DNA of 64,000 bases, from the NCBI GenBank assembly GCA_963772955.1, contig CAVYZF010000011.1, forward strand, positions 187,025 through 251,024, in the 5' to 3' direction. A model generated the notes under the pieces. It was not told where the DNA came from. It did no database searches and saw nothing but the letters and a program-made list of their open reading frames with translations. Within the stretch, counting starts at the first letter, position 1; each line of letters starts with the position of its first letter. The DNA is from an uncultured Acidobacteriota bacterium (GTDB lineage: Bacteria > Acidobacteriota > Vicinamibacteria > Vicinamibacterales > UBA2999). Both the position numbers and the translations under genes were made by a program. Positions 37,771 to 46,504 of the stretch are shown here, piece by piece.

Positions 37771-39159
37771 ATGGCCAGAAAGTACCTCATTGAGACGTTC
37801 GGTTGCCAAATGAACGTCCACGACTCGGAGCGCATGGCGGGACTTCTCGACCAGGCGGGATACGAAGCCACGTCTGATGATGGCGACGCGGATGTCATCG
37901 TCATCAACACGTGCAGCGTGCGGGAGCACGCGGAAGACAAGCTCTATACGCGACTCGGCGAGCTCCGCGTTCTGCAACAGGAGACGGGCCGCAATCCGAT
38001 CGTCGCGGTCGCCGGATGCGTCGCGCAGCAGGAGGGGAAGTCACTCCTCTCGAACACAAACGGGAAAGTCATCGACGTCGTGATGGGCACGCAGCGCCTC
38101 AAGATGCTCCCCGTCATGCTCGAGGGCGCAGCGCGGTCGACGTTCCCAGTGGTCGACATCAGCCCCCTGGACGATGTGAGCTTTCCGTTGGGGATGGTGC
38201 GACGGTCGGATGCAGTGCGCGCCTATGTGACCATCATCGAAGGGTGCAACGATCACTGCGCCTTCTGTGTCGTCCCGTACACGAGAGGGCACGAGCGCAT
38301 GCGCGCCAAGGCCGACATCCTCGCGGACGTGCGAGAGGTGGTCGCATCAGGCCGGCGCGAGGTGCAACTCCTCGGGCAGATCGTCAATCATTACTCAGCG
38401 CCGGACGACGCAAACTGCGACTTCGCGCAACTCCTCGCCGAGGTGGATGCCGTTCCAGGAATCGAGCGAATCCGGTTCGCGAGCCCACATCCGCGGCACA
38501 CCGGGGCCCGCCTGATCGAGGCGGTCCGAGAACTTCGGCACGTTTGCAAGCACTTCCATCTACCTGTGCAATCGGGCTCGACAAACATCCTTCGCGCCAT
38601 GCGCAGGCGTCATACGCGGGAGGAGTACCTCGATTTGGTCGCCAAGATCCGTGAGGCCATACCCGGCGTGACGCTCTCGACGGACGTCATCGTCGGCTTC
38701 CCGGGAGAGACCCGGGAGGACTTCGAGGACACGCTCTCGCTCACCGACGCCGCGCAGTTCCACAGCATGTTCTCGTTCAAATACTCCCCGCGCCCGAACA
38801 CACTGGCGTCGAGACGGCTGCCCGACGACGTGAGCGCGGAGGAGAAAACAGCGCGCATCGTGGCGCTGCAGGAGTTGCAGCGTTCGATTCAAACGCGACT
38901 TCACGAGCAGGCCGTTGGGACAGACGTCGATGTTCTCGTGGACTCGGCCAGTCGCCGAAAGAACCAGGAACTCTCCGGGCGGACGTCCGGAAACACTGTA
39001 GTGAATCTGCCGATGCCGTCCGATACTTCACAGAGCGACGCAGCGACCGACTGGATCGGCCGCACGGTCACCGTTCGCATCACCCGATCGGGGCCGCATA
39101 ATCTGTCGGGTGAAGCCGTATCCTGGGTAGCCCCACGCATGGAGACACGGTCATGCTGA
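37771..39159 (+). CDS. miaB: tRNA (N6-isopentenyl-A37) methylthiotransferase MiaB
   Basis: 462-aa ORF. It has the N-terminal UPF0004 domain (IETFGCQMNVHDSE), the radical-SAM motif CNDHCAFCVVP and a C-terminal TRAM domain. Confidence 0.94.
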   Translation: MARKYLIETFGCQMNVHDSERMAGLLDQAGYEATSDDGDADVIVINTCSVREHAEDKLYTRLGELRVLQQETGRNPIVAVAGCVAQQEGKSLLSNTNGKVIDVVMGTQRLKMLPVMLEGAARSTFPVVDISPLDDVSFPLGMVRRSDAVRAYVTIIEGCNDHCAFCVVPYTRGHERMRAKADILADVREVVASGRREVQLLGQIVNHYSAPDDANCDFAQLLAEVDAVPGIERIRFASPHPRHTGARLIEAVRELRHVCKHFHLPVQSGSTNILRAMRRRHTREEYLDLVAKIREAIPGVTLSTDVIVGFPGETREDFEDTLSLTDAAQFHSMFSFKYSPRPNTLASRRLPDDVSAEEKTARIVALQELQRSIQTRLHEQAVGTDVDVLVDSASRRKNQELSGRTSGNTVVNLPMPSDTSQSDAATDWIGRTVTVRITRSGPHNLSGEAVSWVAPRMETRSC

Positions 39160-39638
39160 TTGAAATGAGCATCAAGGGCCTGATGGTTGACCCGATGGCG
39201 GGTACGCCGATCGTCATCCTGAAGGACAAGCAGGGCGACCGGGTGCTTCCGATCTGGGTCGGCGTGCCCGAAGCGAATGCCATCGCGCTGCAGATCGAGA
39301 ACGTCGCCACGCCACGGCCGATGACTCACGACCTGCTCCGAAACATCATCACGGACCTCGATGGGCGGGTCGATCGCGTGGTGGTCAGCGACCTCAAGGA
39401 CAACACCTATTTCGCCATCATCCATCTCACCGTGCGGGGCGAGCGGGTCGCTGTTGATGCCCGTCCGAGCGACGCAATTGCCCTCGCCCTCAGGACGCGG
39501 TCGCCCATCCTGGTGGAAGAGGCGGTCATCGAAAACGCAAGGACGGCCGATTTCACCGCAGAGCCCGCGGATAATGAACGACTGCAGAAGTGGCTGGAAA
39601 GCCTTGATCCTGAGGAACTTGGCAAATACAAGATGTAA
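39153..39638 (+). CDS. bifunctional nuclease family protein (BFN/DUF151)
   Basis: 161-aa ORF that overlaps miaB by 7 nt. It contains PIVILKDKQGDRVLPIWVGVPEANAIALQIENVATPRPMTHDLL, the hallmark of the BFN domain. Confidence 0.85.
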   Translation: MLIEMSIKGLMVDPMAGTPIVILKDKQGDRVLPIWVGVPEANAIALQIENVATPRPMTHDLLRNIITDLDGRVDRVVVSDLKDNTYFAIIHLTVRGERVAVDARPSDAIALALRTRSPILVEEAVIENARTADFTAEPADNERLQKWLESLDPEELGKYKM

Positions 39639-39658
39639 TTGTCGGCCGGCCGACAATT
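39637..39658 (+). terminator. perfect 22-nt palindrome AATTGTCGGCCGGCCGACAATT after the BFN nuclease gene
   Basis: Read directly. It overlaps the TAA stop (39636-38). It could form a GC-rich 9-bp hairpin (central 4-nt loop) ending the recN-miaB-BFN transcript. No T-tract follows, so a protein-binding site is an alternative. Confidence 0.4.
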
Positions 39659-39665
39659 CCACCGG

Positions 39666-39694
39666 TTGACACGCTTTCGACCCCTCCCTACAAT
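39666..39694 (+). promoter_or_regulatory. consensus-like sigma-70 promoter upstream of parAB (TTGACA - 17 nt - TACAAT)
   Basis: TTGACA at 39666-39671, a 17-nt spacer, and TACAAT at 39689-39694. It lies about 125 nt upstream of the parA ATG (39820). Confidence 0.6.
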
Positions 39695-39819
39695 GGGCGC
39701 AACTCTTCCTGGAATTGCGCTTTTGTGTTCCATTTTCTGACAACCGCCATGGCCCAGTCCTCAGGGTGGCGTGTCTCGACCGGACGCTTCGATGAGTCTC
39801 GCCTCGGGGCGAGCTGTCG

Positions 39820-40593
39820 ATGATCGTCGCGATCGCCAATCAGAAAGGCGGCGTGGGGAAGACCACGACCGCGGTGAACCTTGCCGCCGCGCTCGCGATG
39901 AGAGGACGGAAGACGCTCCTCATCGACCTCGACCCTCAGGCGAACAGCAGCATCTCGTTCCTGGATCACGGGACGATCGATCGCAGCATGTACGACGCGA
40001 TTGCCGATCCGGCCTGCGAGCTCGCGCAGATCATCAAGCCCGCGACGTCGCTCCAGAACCTGTTCGTGGCACCCGCTCGCATCGCCCTCGCGAAGCTCGA
40101 GTCCAGGCTCGTGGGTGAGCTCGACGCGCACTTCCGCCTGAAGGACAAACTCGACAAGCTGACGGGTGAGTATTCTCACATCGTCATCGACTGCCCACCG
40201 GCGCTCGGGCTCCTGACTATCAACGCGCTGGTTGCGGCGACGCATCTGCTGATACCCATTCAGTCGTCCTACTTTGCGCTCGAAGGGACCGACGATCTGC
40301 TCGAGACGATCGAGAAGGTCAGACAACGGCCGAACCCGGGTCTCCGGATCCTGGGAGTCGTCATCACGATGCACGACAAGCGAACGGCCCTGGCGCGCGA
40401 CATCCGAGAGCAGATCCAGAAAGTGTTTGGCGGGAAGGTCTTCCGCACCGTCATCAGCAAGAGCGTCCGCCTGGAAGAGAGTCCGGCCTACAAGGAATCA
40501 ATTTTCACGTTTGCGCCTGAATCTAGCGGCGCCACCGATTACTACAGTCTCTGCGAGGAGGTCATCGAGCGTGCCGAAGCGAGGACTGCCTGA
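39820..40593 (+). CDS. parA: chromosome partitioning ATPase ParA/Soj
   Basis: 257-aa ORF with the deviant Walker A motif IAIANQKGGVGKTTTAVNLA. Confidence 0.94.
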   Translation: MIVAIANQKGGVGKTTTAVNLAAALAMRGRKTLLIDLDPQANSSISFLDHGTIDRSMYDAIADPACELAQIIKPATSLQNLFVAPARIALAKLESRLVGELDAHFRLKDKLDKLTGEYSHIVIDCPPALGLLTINALVAATHLLIPIQSSYFALEGTDDLLETIEKVRQRPNPGLRILGVVITMHDKRTALARDIREQIQKVFGGKVFRTVISKSVRLEESPAYKESIFTFAPESSGATDYYSLCEEVIERAEARTA

Positions 40594-41398
40594 AACGCTG
40601 AGAATGCGCCACGACGAGCACTACGTCGAGGCCCTCGTGGGCTCGGCGGGAGAGCCCGTGGGCCGCATGGTCGCCATCGATCTACTGGATCCCAATCCGG
40701 ACCAACCACGCCAGGTGATGGGCGACCTGTCCGAGCTCATGGCCTCGGTTGCCGAAAAAGGGATTATCGAACCGCTCGTCGTACGACAGCGCGGGAACCG
40801 TTACCAGATCATCGCCGGTGAGCGTCGCTATCACGCCGCCGTGCAGGTAGGCCTGCGAGAGGTTCCGGTCGTCATCAGGGAAGTCGAGGATGCCGAAGTC
40901 ATGGAGCTGGCGCTGGTCGAGAACCTCCAGCGCAAGGACCTGACAGCGTTTGAAGAGGCGGAGGCGCTGCAGCAACTGGCTGATAAGTGCGGCCACACGC
41001 ACGAGGACCTGGCCAGGAAGCTTGGAAAATCGCGAACGTCGATCACCGAGTCGCTCTCGTTGACGGCGATGCCCGAAGAGGTTCGGAATCTTTGTCGGCT
41101 GGCCGACATTAGCGCTAAGTCCACGCTTCTGCAGATAGTTAGGCAGGCTAACCCGCAAAAAATGATTGCCCTGGTAGAGAGATTGGCCGGACAGGGCGCA
41201 GTCACGCGCCAATCAGCTCGCGAGGAGACGGCAAAGGCAAAGCCCGGGCGGCCGAAAGCGTATGTCTTTGCGTTCCGTCCACCAACCAAGGCCTTCGATC
41301 TTCGATTGAGCTTCAAGAAGAGCAAAGTCGAGCCAAGCGAGATCATCGAAGCACTCGAGAACATCATCCGGGAACTGAAAGCCGCCAAGCGGCACTGA
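40571..41398 (+). CDS. parB: chromosome partitioning protein ParB/Spo0J
   Basis: ORF 40274..41398, trimmed to GTG 40571 (VPKRGLPE). It has ParB boxes (GIIEPLVVRQ, YQIIAGERRYHAA) and an HTH (HEDLARKLGKSRTSITESL). Confidence 0.9.
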   Translation: MPKRGLPETLRMRHDEHYVEALVGSAGEPVGRMVAIDLLDPNPDQPRQVMGDLSELMASVAEKGIIEPLVVRQRGNRYQIIAGERRYHAAVQVGLREVPVVIREVEDAEVMELALVENLQRKDLTAFEEAEALQQLADKCGHTHEDLARKLGKSRTSITESLSLTAMPEEVRNLCRLADISAKSTLLQIVRQANPQKMIALVERLAGQGAVTRQSAREETAKAKPGRPKAYVFAFRPPTKAFDLRLSFKKSKVEPSEIIEALENIIRELKAAKRH

Positions 41399-41600
41399 AA
41401 GCCTGGTCCGCTGCCTCACAAGTGGCGAACCGGCGAAGGGGAGGCGGCGCGCGCCAATCGGGAGTTCCCAGCCCCTCGCCATTCACGATAGTTAACATAA
41501 CGTATGTTATGCGACGTCGAGGCAATCCCTCGGGAAACAGGTCCGATCCCGCGCCAAACCGTATAATCGAGCCGATAAGCGTTAAAGAACCCCTCGACCG

Positions 41601-43862
41601 TTGATGCGTACTCTCGACCGCTACATCCTTCGCCAAATGGCCTGGCCGTTCACGCTCGGCTTGGCTATCTTCACGTTTCTCCTCATCGTCCCGGAACTCA
41701 TGCGGTACGCCGAGGAGTACGTGTCGAAGGGTGTCCCTCTCCTGACGGTCGGAAAGCTCGTCGTCACCCTGCTGCCGTACTCCCTGGCCCTTACGATCCC
41801 GATGTCATTGCTGCTGGCACTCCTGGTGGCGTTCGGGCGGCTGTCGGCCGACCGGGAATTCGTAGCGATGCAGGCGTGCGGCGTGAGCCTCTACCGGTTG
41901 TTCCGCCCCGTCGCGCTCGTGGCCACGACCAGTTGCTTGGCCACGGCCTACGTCTACATGGTGCTGATTCCGGTTGGGAATCAGACCTTCCGCGAGATCA
42001 CGTTCAACATCATCGCGTCGAGCGCGGAAAACGAAGTCAAACCCCGGGTGTTCTTCGAGGGGTTCTCGAGCATCGTGGTCTACGCCCGCGAGTTACCCCA
42101 GACCGGTGGCTGGGATGGTGTCTTCATCGCCGACAATCGATCCGGTGAAGGGGCGTCCGTCTATCTGGCGCGGCACGGCCGGGCAGTCATCAATCGGACG
42201 GCAAAGACCGTCGAACTGGTCCTCGAGGGATGGACGCGGCACACGGCCGACGGGAAGGACGGGTACGTTGTGGCTCGAGGCGACTACCTCGTACTCAACA
42301 TCAACCCAGCCGGCATGTTTGGAGTTGGAAGCATCTCAAAGGGCCTCCGCGAGATGTCCGTGCCCGAACTGCGTCAGCGCATCGCCGGCATGCGTACCGC
42401 GGGTGAGTCGCCTCACAACGAAATCTTCGAGCTCCAGAAACGCTATTCGATTCCGGCGGCGTGCCTCGTGTTCGGGTTGATCGGCCTGGCGCTGGGGGCG
42501 ACCAATCGGCGCGATGCCAAACTGGCGAGCTTCGTTGTTGGCGTCGCGGTGATCTTCGCGTATTACCTGTTGCTCTGGTTCGGACAATCGCTTGTCAGAG
42601 GACAACTCGTTCCGTCATGGTTCGCTGCGTGGCTCGCCAACATCGTTCTCGGAGCGCTTGGCGCGCTGCTCTTCAAGTGGCGGGATCGCGTGGCGGACAG
42701 GCCGATTTCGATCCCGTTCGCCCAATCCCTCGTTCGGCGCCTGGCCGAGCGGACGCAGGCGATGGGACATGCCGCGCTCCCCTTCGGGATCCTCGATCGT
42801 TACGTCGCATTCACGTACCTCAGGATCCTCGCGCTGGCAGGAGTGGCGCTGATCGGCGTTTTCTATGTCTCGGCCTTCATCGATCTATCCGAGAAGGTCT
42901 TCAGGGGAACGGGCACCTGGGGGTTACTGGGCCAGTTCTTCGTCTTCACCACGCCGCAGTATCTCTATTTCATCGTTCCGCTTTCGGTCCTGCTCGCCTC
43001 GCTCGTTACGGTTGCCATCCTGACCAAGAACAGCGAGCTCGTGGTCATGAAGGCCTGCGGAATCAGCCTGTATCGCTTCGCGCTGCCGATGGTCGCCGGC
43101 GCGGTCGCCGCCGGTGCGTTTCTCTTTTTTCTCGAACAGACCATCCTCGGGCCCGCAAACCATCGCTCAAGGGTCATCCGTCACGTTCTCGATGGTGGCT
43201 CGCCTGAAACGTTCGACATGTTGAATCGTCGCTGGGTCGTTGGCCGCGACGGTTCGATTTATCACTACACCTACTTCGACCCGAGTACGAAACGCTTCAG
43301 CGGCCTGTGGATCTACGAGTTCGACGGCGCCATGCAGCGCATGACGCAGCGCACGTTCGCCGACGAAGCCCGATTCACCGGTGCCACCTGGAATGTCGGC
43401 CGGGGCTGGACACGAGCGTTCGACCGAAGCGGCGAGCCAACGTCCTTCAGCGAGTTCGCGACCGTGAACCGTGCACTCGAGCCTCCTGAACACTTCTCCA
43501 CTGACCCGCCCGACCCCGAGTTCATGAGCTTCACGCAGTTGCGGGCGTACACGGAGCAGCTCGCGCAGAGCGGATTCGACGTCGTCCGTCAGCGCGTCGC
43601 GCTGTACCGTAAGCTGTCATTTCCGTTTGTCACCATCGTCATGACGCTGATCGCCGTGCCGTTTGCCGTCACCATCGGCCGAAGCGGCGCGATGGCAGGC
43701 ATCGGCGTGGGCATCGCGATCGCGTTGGCGTACTGGGTCACGATTCTCTTCTTCGCGGCGATGGGATCGGGCGGAGTCCTGACACCAGTGCTGGCAGCGT
43801 GGGCGCCGAACCTTTTGTTCGGCGTTGGTGCTGCGTATCTCCTGCTCACTGTTCGCACCTGA
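41601..43862 (+). CDS. fused LptF-LptG LPS export permease (two YjgP/YjgQ modules in one ORF)
   Basis: 753-aa uninterrupted ORF. Module 1 starts LDRYILRQMAWPFTLGLAIF. Module 2 starts ILDRYVAFTYLRILALAGVAL at about residue 395. Each module has the 3TM - periplasmic beta-jellyroll - 3TM layout. Confidence 0.88.
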   Translation: MMRTLDRYILRQMAWPFTLGLAIFTFLLIVPELMRYAEEYVSKGVPLLTVGKLVVTLLPYSLALTIPMSLLLALLVAFGRLSADREFVAMQACGVSLYRLFRPVALVATTSCLATAYVYMVLIPVGNQTFREITFNIIASSAENEVKPRVFFEGFSSIVVYARELPQTGGWDGVFIADNRSGEGASVYLARHGRAVINRTAKTVELVLEGWTRHTADGKDGYVVARGDYLVLNINPAGMFGVGSISKGLREMSVPELRQRIAGMRTAGESPHNEIFELQKRYSIPAACLVFGLIGLALGATNRRDAKLASFVVGVAVIFAYYLLLWFGQSLVRGQLVPSWFAAWLANIVLGALGALLFKWRDRVADRPISIPFAQSLVRRLAERTQAMGHAALPFGILDRYVAFTYLRILALAGVALIGVFYVSAFIDLSEKVFRGTGTWGLLGQFFVFTTPQYLYFIVPLSVLLASLVTVAILTKNSELVVMKACGISLYRFALPMVAGAVAAGAFLFFLEQTILGPANHRSRVIRHVLDGGSPETFDMLNRRWVVGRDGSIYHYTYFDPSTKRFSGLWIYEFDGAMQRMTQRTFADEARFTGATWNVGRGWTRAFDRSGEPTSFSEFATVNRALEPPEHFSTDPPDPEFMSFTQLRAYTEQLAQSGFDVVRQRVALYRKLSFPFVTIVMTLIAVPFAVTIGRSGAMAGIGVGIAIALAYWVTILFFAAMGSGGVLTPVLAAWAPNLLFGVGAAYLLLTVRT

Positions 43863-43868
43863 CTCCTG

Positions 43869-45554
43869 TTATCGCACGTAACGGATTTCATCGAGCCAGA
43901 CCTGCCCACTCGAGCCTTGTTTTGCGTGAACTGTGTCCACGACGAAGAGCAGGTCGCGAACATCTTCGAGCACGGGTGGCCCAACTGCGGTTCCCATCGG
44001 CAGCATCTCTTCGAAGGGAATTGTTACTGTGCGCGCCATGTCGTCGAGATACACCGAACGTCCCCATCGGCGATCGCCTGCGCCACGTGCGCGCAACTCA
44101 AACGTCAGTCGCATCGGCCGCAGCGCGCGTGCGGTGAACATCACCCCTCTGAAGCGCGCGAGATCAGCGCTCGCCGCAACCGCAGCGGCAACGAACGGCG
44201 ACTCCGATAGCGTCCCACCCAATCCGTAGCGCAACAGCAGTTGTGTGCCGCCGACGCTCCTCGCCGTTCCGATCGTGCCTTCGGACCTCACGCTCTTCTC
44301 GACACGCCAGCCGGTTGGCGAACCGTTTGAGTACACATCAACTGTCTGCGCAGGCGGCGCAGGTGTTGACGATGTGTCGGGAGCCGTTGGATTGCCGACG
44401 TAGATCGGATTCGACACGAGCCACGGAGTTGGTGGTGAACCTGGTGCGCCCGGCACGTCAATCTCGACGCGATACACCGCTGTTTGCGCCGGCGCGGCGT
44501 ATTCGAGCAGCGGCGGCGTGCCGGATGCGACGGTCTTCCCCTCTGCCAACAGCCTGATGATCGAGCCGTCGGGGCCGTTGGTTTCAACGCGCAGTGCGAC
44601 TGGACCGTCGAGCGCAAGGCGGTCACCCATCACCGCCCGTCGCGAACCGCTCGTTGCCGTCAACGTGAAGATTGCCGGGCCCGCGATCGCATCGATCGTC
44701 GAGTAGAGGCGTCCGGCGCGAATGGCAGCGAGCACCACGCCCGCGTCCTCAGGCGCATTCCCATGCAGTTGAACCTGTGGCAGCGAGATCGAAAACGTGC
44801 GGAAGATCTGTTCGTACGAGGGCAGGTGCAGCGACAGCGACCGACCGTACGGATCGCCGCCTGGCCCTACGCGCGCGTGCGCGTCGGCGGCTGCGACGGC
44901 CACGACGGATCGTTCGCGAAGCCATGAATCCCATCGACTCAGGAGATCGTTCGGGCGATCGAGCAACGTCGCAAGTGTCGGGGCGCCGCGAAACGGGTAC
45001 GTCAACAGCGCGCGAGCCAGCGTGCCCCATCCCTCGTCGCGCCACTGACTGTCGCCATTGAGCCATTCCACGCCGTCGACCGCAGCTTTCCAGTCGTTCC
45101 AACGCAGTTCAGCGCGCGGAGAGTCGGCGTGCGCCGCGATCGACATCCCTCCCATCCGGTGAATGTCTTCGATCACGTCGCCGACTTCCCCGGCCAGAGG
45201 GAACTCCGACTGTGGGAGGCCCAATGCCACAACATGCCCCCCGTTTGTACTGATCTCGACGGCGTCGATGCAGAGCACTCCATTGCGATACACGGGAGTA
45301 TCCGATCCGCGTGTGCCGTCACCATGATCAGTGAAGATGACGAACTGCAGACCCGCGCGTCGCGCGGCCGCAGCGACCTCGTCGACCGTGCCAGTCCCAT
45401 CCGAGCGTCGCGTGTGAACGTGGATCGCGCCGCGGATCGGCGGGAGCGTCGCTCCGGTTGCACTGACCGCCGGCGTCACTGGTGAAGGCGGCAACAGCAG
45501 ATACCACGCGACACCGACCGCGACGACAACCGCTATCCAGAACCATGTCCTCAT
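43869..45554 (-). CDS. membrane-anchored PHP-domain metallophosphoesterase (CehA/McbA-like) with a C-terminal beta-sandwich (CIA30/CBM-like) domain
   Basis: 561-aa ORF with an N-terminal TM helix and PHP motifs (GAIHVHTRRSDGTG, VIFTDHGD, IAAHADSP). The start ATG overlaps the xerD stop (ATGA at 45551-45554). Confidence 0.78.
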   Translation of the reverse strand: MRTWFWIAVVVAVGVAWYLLLPPSPVTPAVSATGATLPPIRGAIHVHTRRSDGTGTVDEVAAAARRAGLQFVIFTDHGDGTRGSDTPVYRNGVLCIDAVEISTNGGHVVALGLPQSEFPLAGEVGDVIEDIHRMGGMSIAAHADSPRAELRWNDWKAAVDGVEWLNGDSQWRDEGWGTLARALLTYPFRGAPTLATLLDRPNDLLSRWDSWLRERSVVAVAAADAHARVGPGGDPYGRSLSLHLPSYEQIFRTFSISLPQVQLHGNAPEDAGVVLAAIRAGRLYSTIDAIAGPAIFTLTATSGSRRAVMGDRLALDGPVALRVETNGPDGSIIRLLAEGKTVASGTPPLLEYAAPAQTAVYRVEIDVPGAPGSPPTPWLVSNPIYVGNPTAPDTSSTPAPPAQTVDVYSNGSPTGWRVEKSVRSEGTIGTARSVGGTQLLLRYGLGGTLSESPFVAAAVAASADLARFRGVMFTARALRPMRLTFELRARGAGDRRWGRSVYLDDMARTVTIPFEEMLPMGTAVGPPVLEDVRDLLFVVDTVHAKQGSSGQVWLDEIRYVR

Positions 45555-46450
45555 GCCCGCGGGTGGAACTGATCGTAGATGTTGCGCAGGCGCTGCTCGA
45601 GTACGTGTGTATAAATCTGCGTCGTCGACAGGTCTGCGTGACCCAGCATCATTTGAATGGCACGGAGATCGGCGCCACGCTCGAGCAGGTGCGTCGCAAA
45701 CGAGTGACGGAGCATGTGCGGGCTCAGTGATCTCGTGATGTTGGCCTGGCGCGCATAGCCCTTGAGGATCTTCCAGAACCCGACTCGCGTCAGCCCGCTG
45801 CCTCCACCGCGTGCGTTGACGAACAGTCGATTGCTCCGCCGCTTTCCCAGCAGCACCGGCCGTGACTGTTGAAGATATCGCTTCATCCAGGCCGCCGCTT
45901 CGTCGCCAATTGGAACAATGCGCTGCTTGTCTCCCTTGCCCGTACAGGTCAGGTACGACGAATCCAGCTGCACATCTGATGGCCGCAGCGCCACCAACTC
46001 CGACACGCGCATACCGGTTGCGTACAGCAGCTCGATGACCGCGCGATCGCGAAGTCCACGGGGTGTCGACACATCCGGTCGCGCGATCAACCGATCGACA
46101 TCTTCAACGGACAGATAGCGCGGCAGCACCTTCCACGCGCGCGGCGGGTGGAGATCCTCTGACGGGTTCGTGCGCAGGCGCCCGTCAATCAGCAGGAAGC
46201 GGTAGAACCCTCGATAGCACGCCACTGCCCGTGCGACGGATCGCGGCGACCGCCCCTGGGACATCATGTCCCTCACGACTTGCTCGAGGTCCTGCCGACT
46301 CAATTGGTCGAGAGACGTCCCCCGACCCGCGGCGAACTCGGCCAGCCCGTTCAGATCGCGCGCGTAACTCTCAATCGAGTTGGCCGCGAGCCGACGCTCG
46401 ACGGTGAGGTGCGTGAGATACGCATCCAATGCGGACACACTGCTCGCCAC
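45551..46450 (-). CDS. xerD: site-specific tyrosine recombinase XerD
   Basis: 299-aa ORF. The N-terminal SAM-like domain reads LDAYLTHLTVERRLAANSIESYARDL. Catalytic residues lie in ATGMRVSEL, HMLRHSFATHLL and LGHADLSTTQIYTHV. Confidence 0.9.
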   Translation of the reverse strand: MASSVSALDAYLTHLTVERRLAANSIESYARDLNGLAEFAAGRGTSLDQLSRQDLEQVVRDMMSQGRSPRSVARAVACYRGFYRFLLIDGRLRTNPSEDLHPPRAWKVLPRYLSVEDVDRLIARPDVSTPRGLRDRAVIELLYATGMRVSELVALRPSDVQLDSSYLTCTGKGDKQRIVPIGDEAAAWMKRYLQQSRPVLLGKRRSNRLFVNARGGGSGLTRVGFWKILKGYARQANITRSLSPHMLRHSFATHLLERGADLRAIQMMLGHADLSTTQIYTHVLEQRLRNIYDQFHPRA

Positions 46451-46504
46451 TTTGATTCGGTTGGGTCCTCGGTCCTGACCCTCTCCGGATAGAATTGTAG
46501 CCGT

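Noticed and set aside
45551-46450. The tyrosine recombinase as a possible marker of an integrated mobile element or genomic island.
   Set aside because: The sequence and length fit chromosomal XerD. There is no flanking tRNA, direct repeats, phage or conjugation genes, or visible compositional break.
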